A DNA stretch of 64,000 nt from Bacteroidia bacterium (GTDB taxonomy: Bacteria; Bacteroidota; Bacteroidia; UBA4408), in NCBI GenBank assembly GCA_043778625.1, contig JAYWFU010000104.1, positions 3,216-67,215 on the forward strand, written 5' to 3'. A program made the position numbers and the translations under genes. Positions 49,687 to 57,320 of this stretch are shown in pieces (positions within the stretch are counted from its first letter, which is position 1; each line of letters opens with the position of its first letter). The notes below the pieces were generated by a model that saw only the letters and a program-made list of their open reading frames with translations, ran no database searches and was not told the origin of the DNA.

Positions 49687-52600
49687 TTACTTACGTTTTA
49701 AGGCTTCTATTTCTTTGCGTAGTTCTTCAATAGCTTTTTTATCAGTATCGCGCTCAGCTTTTAGCTCTTTTATTGCTTCAATAAGTATTGGAGTAAATTT
49801 GCTATAATCTACACCTTTGTAGCCATCGGCACTAGTGTTAATTAGTTGTGGGTACACTGCCTCTACCTCTTGGGCTATTACGCCTACTTGTGTGCCTTGG
49901 CCAAAGCCTTTGTCTTTGTACTCGGCTTTCATATCGTAGGTTACGCCACGTAGCTTTAGCACATTGGTTAGTGCACCTTGCAAGGTAGTAACGTTTTGCT
50001 TATAACGAGCATCACTTGGGGTAATAGTACCACTGGCTAGTATGTTGCCTATTACGTGGAGTTTTTGGGTAGGAGCATTAGTACCCATACCTATGTTACC
50101 ATTATCATAGCGAATAGCCAAACTATTAAGTGCAAGAGTTGATTCCATAACTAATACTTGATTTACTACATTACCTAGCGGGTTGTATTGAGATATTCTA
50201 AAATCTAAATCATCAGCTGCATTATCTTTAAAATCAATATAAGCTTTAGTAAAAGGTGTAGATAACTGATTACGGAATATCTCCAATTGTCCATCAGTAG
50301 ATATAATGGCTGAGCTTAGCCCATTACTATTTTCTGTAAGTACAGAACCATCTACCAAGTGGAGCTTTTGTGTGGGTGAAGCTGTACCAATACCTACGTT
50401 GCCAGTAGGTTGTATTACTATTGCGTGCGATGAGTTAGTTCTATTACCAATAGCGAAACTACCGTTAGCACTAAATCCTCCATAGGTACCTACAGATTCC
50501 AATACCCACTGTTGTCCACCTCCCCCTGTATTTTCTAATACAAAATCAACACTACCTGCTGGTGCCGCATCCTTAATATATAACTTAGCGCTTGGCGCAG
50601 TAGTACCAATACCTATGTTACCCGATGGGGCTTGCAATGTCAAAGCTACATTTGGAAACGGTAAGGTAGAGTTCCAAAAATGTAAATCTTTAGTGCCAGC
50701 GTTACTGTACATTTGCCAAGTATTGTTGTTTAAGCCTGCTGTTACGTTTTTAGCTAATGTTAAGCCAAAGTTATTTTCGGCAGTTTGTGTTATGTTTATT
50801 CGGTCGTCGGAGTTTACTAGCACGCTTAGTTTATTAGGGGGGGTTAATGTACCTATACCTACCGTGTGAGCAGCTGTTAGCACCATGGTTGTATTGTTAA
50901 TTAAGTCGTTAGTATTATTTTGTTGGCTTACTGCTCCACCTGTTATGGGGAAATTAGCTATGCCCAACGACCCACTCGAATGCTGATATATGGCACTACC
51001 TGCGTTAGATGACCCACCATCATGATCGCTTACAAACTTATTTAAAGTGGAGTTGTAATAGGTATTAAACCCTAAAAAGCCTCTGTAATTATAAAGGGCA
51101 TAAGCCCCTGTGCCTGCCGCTAAATCTCCTAACGAGTGTAAAAATATCTTGCTAGGCTCAAACGTTCCGCCCACCATAAGGGTAGCATCATTTGTAGCGT
51201 CGGTAGATACGTGTAGTTTAGCACTAGGCGCAGTTGTACCAATACCTACATTAACTTTATTAGCGGCAGTACCGCCTAATATTAAGCTATTACTTGCACC
51301 TACTTTGGCATTGTAGCCTATGGCGGTAGCGTTGGTAAATATGCTATCAGTGGCATCGGCAAGCGCACCCAAAAAGGTGTTGTTGCCCGTAGTGCTTACA
51401 AAAGCACCTGAGTTGTAACCTATGCTTGTATTGTAGTTACCAGTGGTATTGTTATACAAGGCTGATAAACCCAATGCAGTGTTGTAGCTGCCTACAGTAT
51501 TACGGCGTAGGTTAGTGTGGCCTAGCCCCACGTTTTCGTTACCTGTAGTGTTGTTAGCTAAGGCTTGGTCGCCCAATGCTACGTTTAGCGTGCCTGTAGT
51601 GTTTTGCTTTAATGCAGCTGCCCCTACAGCAGTGTTTGCGCTGGCTAAGCTATTAGTTAATGCTAAAGCTCCGATGGCTACGTTGCCTGCACCAGTGGTA
51701 TTAAGCTGCAAAGTACCCGTACCCACTGCTGTGTTAGTAGTGCCTGTGGTATTTTGTGCAAGCGAAGCGTAACCGTAAGCGGTGTTTTGTGTACCTGTGG
51801 TGGCTGGGTTTAATGCACTTACGCCAAAAGCAGTGTTTTGTAATGCGTTGTTAATTAATCCGCTCTGTAAGCCATTACGCTTAAACACTACATCTTGGTT
51901 GTCAGTTGTGCCCATAAAGTTGATAGCCGAGTTAGTACCACTATTGCCTGTAAGCCCCCAAAACAAACCGTTAGTTGGGGTGCTGGCGGTAGAAGCTGGT
52001 ATTACATCGCCATTGGCATCGGTACTTAGTACGCTTGCATTAGGTAAGTTGGTTAGGCGCAAACCACTGTTGCCTGTTGTGCCGTGGGTAATTTCTAACT
52101 TATTGTTGGGAGCATTTTGCCCAATGCCTACATTACCATTATTTAATATTGTTAGGCGAGATAAGTTGGGTGTAATATCATATATTGCTAAACCATTTAC
52201 ATCAGTTTGTATTCTAAATAAATCGCCAGCGGTAACACTCATATCAATAACTGTGTTTGTTGTATTGAATAGGTTTATACCATCGCCATTTATATCTAAT
52301 TTCCGTATAGGGGTAGTTGTACCTATACCTACGTTGCCATTGCTTTCAATGCGCATTTTTTCAGTAGCCAAAATAACTCCATTGTTGGTAGTTAAAAATT
52401 TTAAATTAGAACCTGCCTGTGTTGCGCTATGGTTTTCGGAAGTTTCACTTGTGATACCTGTTAACGAATTAGAAGTATTAAACGCTGTACCCAAATAACT
52501 TGCAAATGAAAGATAGCCCAAGCCGTCGCCTAACTGAAGAGGCGTTGGTGTGCTTAATGTGCCTCGTGCACCTTGCATGCCAAGCACACCGCCATAGGCA

Positions 52601-53979
52601 GGGGTTGTACTCATGTAATTAGTGTGGTATATACCTCTGTTATAGCCTTGGTCAACTACTTCTAATGTACCTGTTGGTGTAAACGGAGTACCTATGGCAA
52701 CAGCACCAGTAGTAAAAATACGCATGTTTTCAACTCCGTTGGTTTTAAGTACAAAATCTTGCGCATCGGTTGTACCAATAAAATTAGTGCCTGCTACTGT
52801 GCCTGCATTGCCCTTGAGTAGCCATGCTTGGGCTTTAATACTATCAGTTATGGTAGTGTTGGTTACGTTGGGTGGTGTTGTCCAAGTTGGGGCTACACCT
52901 GCGCCTGCGCTAGTAAGCACTTGCCCAGTAGTGCCAGCAAGGGTGTTAGGCATTAGTGCACCTGTAAAGCGTAGGTTACCCGTTACATCCAACGGTTGGC
53001 TGGGCAATGCTTGGTTAATACCTACGTAACCAGTACCACTTAGTATGGTTATTTTTTCGGCACTGTTGGCCACTATGTGCAAGTCGCGCGCATTAAGTGT
53101 ACCTAGTTTGTTAGTGGCACTGGCATTATTACCCTTGAGCAACCACGCTTGTGCGGCTATACTATCGGTAATAGTTTGTAGTATGTTTTGCCCGCCAATG
53201 TACAGGCTATCCATGTTGCTAACTCCTCCGTTAAATGTATTAGCAGTAATGCTATTGGTGGTTATTGTGTTGCTTTTTAGGGTATCAATTTGCCCGTTTT
53301 TAATGTAGGCATAGTTGGTGGTGCTACTATCTACTTTTAATATATTAATGTTAGCGTTGTTAATTATTGCTATATTGGTTATGCTGGTGTCTACGGTTAA
53401 TATATTAATTACGGCGTTATTAATGTTGGTATAATTAAATAGGGCAGTATCACCCTTGAGTATATTAATTATGGTGGTGCTGTTGCTATTCAAATATTTT
53501 TTAATGGCTTTGTTAAGCAAGGCGGTATCAATACTCTTGTCGCATAGATTTTTCCACGCCGTGCCGTTATAAAAATGGTAGCACGCGCTGTCGGTGTTAT
53601 ATATTAATAAGGCAGCTTCGGTGGTAGTGGTGGCTATGGCTAACATTGCGGGGGTGTTCATGCGTGGTGCCATAAAACCTTTGTCAGTTGCTTTTAGTTC
53701 CAATATAGCTTTGCTATTGGGGGTGGTGGTACCTATGCCTACGTTGTTTTGGGCTTGGGTGGTTACAAATGAACACGCAACAATTAGTAGGGTTAGATAA
53801 TAGTATTTAGATGTTAGACAGTACAGGCTAGATTTTATGCTGTTAGCTACTAGGCTTATGTGGCGGGTGATACCACCCCGCCCTGCGGGCACCCCTCCTA
53901 AAAAAGGAGGGGAACAGCATGGTGTGAGTGTGTTAGTTTGAGTGACTTGATTTGCGATGGTGAGTAATAGTGTTTTCAT
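49687..53979 (-). CDS. giant tail-fiber-like surface protein with VGIGTT..P..KL repeats, Hep_Hag/YadA-head-like NTA.G..AL..NTTG repeats and C-terminal peptidase S74 (endosialidase intramolecular chaperone) domain
   Basis: 1430 aa. Repeats such as NVGIGTTTPNSKAILEL, NIGIGTTAPSAKLYI. C-terminus SDARYKQNVTTLQGALTNVLKLRGVTYDM...GVIAQEVEAVYPQLI...ILIEAIKELKAE is a typical S74 chaperone domain. The annotated N-terminal 60 aa translate a GC-rich hairpin element, so the true start is uncertain. Confidence 0.7.
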   Translation of the reverse strand: MKTLLLTIANQVTQTNTLTPCCSPPFLGGVPAGRGGITRHISLVANSIKSSLYCLTSKYYYLTLLIVACSFVTTQAQNNVGIGTTTPNSKAILELKATDKGFMAPRMNTPAMLAIATTTTEAALLIYNTDSACYHFYNGTAWKNLCDKSIDTALLNKAIKKYLNSNSTTIINILKGDTALFNYTNINNAVINILTVDTSITNIAIINNANINILKVDSSTTNYAYIKNGQIDTLKSNTITTNSITANTFNGGVSNMDSLYIGGQNILQTITDSIAAQAWLLKGNNASATNKLGTLNARDLHIVANSAEKITILSGTGYVGINQALPSQPLDVTGNLRFTGALMPNTLAGTTGQVLTSAGAGVAPTWTTPPNVTNTTITDSIKAQAWLLKGNAGTVAGTNFIGTTDAQDFVLKTNGVENMRIFTTGAVAIGTPFTPTGTLEVVDQGYNRGIYHTNYMSTTPAYGGVLGMQGARGTLSTPTPLQLGDGLGYLSFASYLGTAFNTSNSLTGITSETSENHSATQAGSNLKFLTTNNGVILATEKMRIESNGNVGIGTTTPIRKLDINGDGINLFNTTNTVIDMSVTAGDLFRIQTDVNGLAIYDITPNLSRLTILNNGNVGIGQNAPNNKLEITHGTTGNSGLRLTNLPNASVLSTDANGDVIPASTASTPTNGLFWGLTGNSGTNSAINFMGTTDNQDVVFKRNGLQSGLINNALQNTAFGVSALNPATTGTQNTAYGYASLAQNTTGTTNTAVGTGTLQLNTTGAGNVAIGALALTNSLASANTAVGAAALKQNTTGTLNVALGDQALANNTTGNENVGLGHTNLRRNTVGSYNTALGLSALYNNTTGNYNTSIGYNSGAFVSTTGNNTFLGALADATDSIFTNATAIGYNAKVGASNSLILGGTAANKVNVGIGTTAPSAKLHVSTDATNDATLMVGGTFEPSKIFLHSLGDLAAGTGAYALYNYRGFLGFNTYYNSTLNKFVSDHDGGSSNAGSAIYQHSSGSLGIANFPITGGAVSQQNNTNDLINNTTMVLTAAHTVGIGTLTPPNKLSVLVNSDDRINITQTAENNFGLTLAKNVTAGLNNNTWQMYSNAGTKDLHFWNSTLPFPNVALTLQAPSGNIGIGTTAPSAKLYIKDAAPAGSVDFVLENTGGGGQQWVLESVGTYGGFSANGSFAIGNRTNSSHAIVIQPTGNVGIGTASPTQKLHLVDGSVLTENSNGLSSAIISTDGQLEIFRNQLSTPFTKAYIDFKDNAADDLDFRISQYNPLGNVVNQVLVMESTLALNSLAIRYDNGNIGMGTNAPTQKLHVIGNILASGTITPSDARYKQNVTTLQGALTNVLKLRGVTYDMKAEYKDKGFGQGTQVGVIAQEVEAVYPQLINTSADGYKGVDYSKFTPILIEAIKELKAERDTDKKAIEELRKEIEALKRK
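53861..53915. repeat. GC-rich hairpin element (GGCGGGTG-ATAC-CACCCCGCC; GCACCCCTCC-TAAAAA-AGGAGGGGAA) inside the annotated 5' end of the tail-fiber-like gene
   Basis: Shares the GCACCCCTCC and AAAGGAGGGGAA arms with the element at 5476-5560. GC content sharply above local background. Confidence 0.55.
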
Positions 53980-54253
53980 GATTATTTTGTTGTTTATTGA
54001 GTGAGTTATTAAATTATTTAGTGTGGTGTGTGTTTTGTTGTATTAATGTGTACGATATTTACTTAAACTGGCATTAATTTACGCTTAATTGATATTTATT
54101 AATTACGTTTTTAATTTGTTATTGCTAAGTAAAGCATAAATAAATATACGACCAAATCTATTTAGAATTCGCTGGGATTTAGTTAAAATTCGTTGTGTAA
54201 GTATTAGTGCTACTATTAGTTTGAATTAGATTAGTGATGTTATAAGGTATGTT

Positions 54254-54280
54254 CTTGTTTCGTGAGGACACGAACCAAGG
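54254..54280. promoter_or_regulatory. palindromic motif CTTGTTTCGTG-AGGA-CACGAACCAAGG (candidate operator or REP-like element)
   Basis: 11 bp imperfect inverted repeat ~275 nt upstream of the tail-fiber-like gene. Related copies at 61504-61568 and 5496-5559. Confidence 0.45.
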
Positions 54281-54347
54281 CGTATATAATTCGTGCTCTC
54301 ACTAACTAATGTGTAATAGTACTATACGAATCAATATTTAATAGTAA

Positions 54348-54575
54348 TTATACCTCTTTTTCTAGTTTAGTTAGGCGTTTGTCCATACTTACTATATAGG
54401 CTACAATACAAGTAAATACGATAACTAGGCAGGTTACTACAACGTATATTTTGCCGTTGCTACGCATTACGTTGGCCATTTCAGGTTGTTGTTGGTCAGG
54501 GCATTGTGCCGCTTGCTGTGCGGTTACGTATAGACTGGTGAGGGTGGTAAGGAGTAAAATAAGTACTTTTTTCAT
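54348..54575 (-). CDS. small membrane-anchored protein (CcmD-like?)
   Basis: 75 aa; signal/TM at N-terminus and a second TM. Adjacent to the CcmC-like gene. Confidence 0.35.
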   Translation of the reverse strand: MKKVLILLLTTLTSLYVTAQQAAQCPDQQQPEMANVMRSNGKIYVVVTCLVIVFTCIVAYIVSMDKRLTKLEKEV

Positions 54576-54625
54576 GCTGATGTTTATACGTTAGTTAATG
54601 GTAAATACTGTGTTAGTTGTGTGGG

Positions 54626-55294
54626 TTACGCGTCTTTACTCGCTATTAAATTAGCCGTACGCACACGTAGTTGTACTAGCCATGCCGCTATTAATATCCA
54701 ACCAATAATAGCAGGGTAAAACACTAGGCGCATATTGTTATCGAGGTCGTACTTGCCAAAGCCAGGGTTGCCACCATTGCCAGGGTGTAAGCTGTCTGTT
54801 AAACGTGGGCGTACCCAAATAAACACCACCAACATTACAAAACAAAATATGTTATACACGGCTGCTATACGTGCCCGTTTTTGATAATCGTCAATACTAT
54901 TACGCAATACAAAATAAGCTAGGTAAAACAGCATGGAAGCCGCTACTCCGTTAAGTTTGGCGTCGTCAGTCCACCAAGCACCCCATGTGTAGCGTGCCCA
55001 CAACGAGCCTGTAAGTATGCCACACGTGCCTAATAGCATAGCTACGTGTGCAGTGTGAGTGGCGCGTAAGTCGTGGTGTAGGCTGGTATTACTACCCAAT
55101 TGTTTAATGCTATAATATACTGATGCCATTAGCAAGCCCATCATGGCAAACCACATAGTTACATGAAAATATAGGTTACGTATAGTTTCGTGTAGTATGG
55201 GCTGCGCAGGCACTGCGCCTAACATTCCTGCTATTATGGAGTAGCACACCAGTAGTATGCCCAGCCATTTCCACCAATTAATGTTTAGTATCAT
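54626..55294 (-). CDS. CcmC-like heme exporter / cytochrome c assembly membrane protein
   Basis: 222 aa polytopic; Trp-rich motif ARYTWGAWWTDDAKLNG resembles the WWD domain of CcmC/CcsA. Confidence 0.5.
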   Translation of the reverse strand: MILNINWWKWLGILLVCYSIIAGMLGAVPAQPILHETIRNLYFHVTMWFAMMGLLMASVYYSIKQLGSNTSLHHDLRATHTAHVAMLLGTCGILTGSLWARYTWGAWWTDDAKLNGVAASMLFYLAYFVLRNSIDDYQKRARIAAVYNIFCFVMLVVFIWVRPRLTDSLHPGNGGNPGFGKYDLDNNMRLVFYPAIIGWILIAAWLVQLRVRTANLIASKDA

Positions 55295-55314
55295 ATTAGT
55301 TCAGTTATAAATTA

Positions 55315-57177
55315 TTAGTTTTTGGTAAATCGGTTATAATAGCTTTGCTCTCTTACGTTTTTAGTGTCTTTAATTTTTAAGTAATTTTTTATGCTGTTTT
55401 CGCCCAGTTGTGTTTTGTACTTTATGGTGGTACGTTTATTATCACGAATAATGTCTAGCGCCACTTCATCGCCAAGTTTTACGTCTTGCTTTGCTAACAC
55501 TTTATCAGCTAAGGCCTCCACTATAATATCGCCTTTTTTTAACCCAACAAAATCATTAGCACCTACACTTTTTACTAGGTATAGGCCGCCTTGCTGTGCC
55601 ATGTATTTATACTTTACATCGTTGCCTAGTACTGGGTGTTTGGCACCCGCTATTTTAATTTCGGGTTTATACTCTACACCAATGCTAGCAAATGATGCCT
55701 CGTAAGGTAACGCCTGCGAACCGTTAATATAGTTGTTAAAAAATTGTTTTAAATTAGGGTGTACCTGCGCCACAAATTCATCAATAAATGTAGCTTCGTC
55801 AAACGATTGATTAGGTCCATATTTTTTGCTTAACGTAAGTACTACATCACGCAATGTTTTTTTGCCTTGGGTTAAGTTTATAATTTCAATATCAAGCAAC
55901 ATACCCAGCACAGCACCACGCTGATATACTTGGTCGTATTGTTTTTTGTAGGGTTCTACCAATACGTTTTCGCTCATTTGTGTAAATGTCATTGTGGTAG
56001 GGAACTCGTCACCTTCTAGCATTTTGGCTTTCATGCGTGTAAAGTACTTTTCGGGAGTAGTTAGTTCTCCTTTCATTTGTATGATGCCTGCAAAATATTC
56101 GGTAATGCCTTCGTACAACCACAAATGCTTGCTCATTACGGGGTTACTGTAATTAAAATTACCTATATACTGGCTATGTAAGTTCAGCGGCGTTACTATG
56201 TGTAAGAACTCGTGTATGCACACATCTTTCATTTGTTTAATATACTCTTCGTGTCCAAAATCAGGCATAAAATATAACGATGATGTAGGATGTTCTAAGG
56301 CTCCAAAGCCTTGTCCTTTGAGGTTTTTCATGGCTTTAAGTTTTTTAAACAAACCACCTTTGCCCTCTAGCACTTCTTTGTACTCGCTAAAATCTTTTAC
56401 GTACACCAAAAAATTATAATTTTTAACAGGCAATTCGCCCAAAAATTTTTCGGCCGCTATTATCGATTCTTTTACTTCGGTTAATATTTTTTGTGCGCCA
56501 CCTTTTGCCCCAGTTTCGTTTATCACACCAATGGTTATTACTGTTTTACCCACCAAAAATTGTGCAGTATCGGGTGTGCACACTATTATGGGGCAATCCA
56601 TTAACTGATGATAGTCGCGGGCTTTATACATAATTTCGCCAGCGGCGGTGGTAGTGCCCTCTAACGAGGTTATGCCTATCATATTAATTGGAGTTGATAG
56701 GTTAATGATACACGAATTTTTTTCCATTCCCTCAAAAAAACCAAAGAACCCAGCATTGTTTAGTACGTAGTTTTTGTTAGCATCGATGTTAGTACCTGCG
56801 GGCTCAAATATTTTATTTTTTTTAATGCCCGAATCCCAACTATCGTTTACGTCGTACGTAATTTTACTTACTGCTTTAGCATTAGTTATTAGGTACGAAT
56901 TTATGTTTTGTTTTTTTATTTTTAACTTATTCCCTTGGCTATCAAAAGCTTGTACGTGTTGTATGTACGTGCCATAATTAAGGGTAGCATAAGTGCCAGG
57001 CACAGTAGCCGGGAAGTTAAATAGTATGGTTTCGGTGTCGATACTTGGGCAATTAAGTGTTACCGTTATTTTATCATTAACTACATTACGCAAATTTAAC
57101 GAGTAGTTGTAAGTGTTGTTTGCGTAAGCTCCTAAACTTATACAAAGTGTAATTATAGCTATGCTAATTTTTTTCAT
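55315..57177 (-). CDS. peptidase M61 family (glycyl aminopeptidase-like) with C-terminal PDZ domain
   Basis: 620 aa; signal peptide; HEFLH zinc motif; C-terminal PDZ (GLYLVKSVGANDFVGLKKGDIIVEA). Confidence 0.7.
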   Translation of the reverse strand: MKKISIAIITLCISLGAYANNTYNYSLNLRNVVNDKITVTLNCPSIDTETILFNFPATVPGTYATLNYGTYIQHVQAFDSQGNKLKIKKQNINSYLITNAKAVSKITYDVNDSWDSGIKKNKIFEPAGTNIDANKNYVLNNAGFFGFFEGMEKNSCIINLSTPINMIGITSLEGTTTAAGEIMYKARDYHQLMDCPIIVCTPDTAQFLVGKTVITIGVINETGAKGGAQKILTEVKESIIAAEKFLGELPVKNYNFLVYVKDFSEYKEVLEGKGGLFKKLKAMKNLKGQGFGALEHPTSSLYFMPDFGHEEYIKQMKDVCIHEFLHIVTPLNLHSQYIGNFNYSNPVMSKHLWLYEGITEYFAGIIQMKGELTTPEKYFTRMKAKMLEGDEFPTTMTFTQMSENVLVEPYKKQYDQVYQRGAVLGMLLDIEIINLTQGKKTLRDVVLTLSKKYGPNQSFDEATFIDEFVAQVHPNLKQFFNNYINGSQALPYEASFASIGVEYKPEIKIAGAKHPVLGNDVKYKYMAQQGGLYLVKSVGANDFVGLKKGDIIVEALADKVLAKQDVKLGDEVALDIIRDNKRTTIKYKTQLGENSIKNYLKIKDTKNVREQSYYNRFTKN

Positions 57178-57251
57178 TCGATAGTGTTTTTAATTAGATT
57201 TTAAGAATATAAAACTATTCAATTTTATTGAACCTACCCAAGTACCTTACA

Positions 57252-57296
57252 CAAAAAAAGTGCTAATAACTTAATAAGTTATCAGCACTTTTTTAG
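57252..57296 (-). terminator. rho-independent terminator (bidirectional)
   Basis: AGTGCTAATAACTT-AAT-AAGTTATCAGCACT hairpin flanked by A7 and T6. Confidence 0.65.
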
Positions 57297-57320
57297 AGGC
57301 TTAATTTTTTATTGCAGGAT

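Noticed and set aside
51782-52498. 238 aa plus-strand ORF and several other 60-110 aa ORFs antisense to the tail-fiber-like gene
   Set aside because: They are created by the repetitive, codon-biased sense strand. Pro/Val/Leu-rich low-complexity translations with no starts or RBS context.
46800-54000. Prophage interpretation of the tail-fiber/S74 region
   Set aside because: No capsid, portal, terminase, integrase, baseplate or lysis genes in the surrounding 10 kb. Neighbours are T9SS cargo and housekeeping genes.
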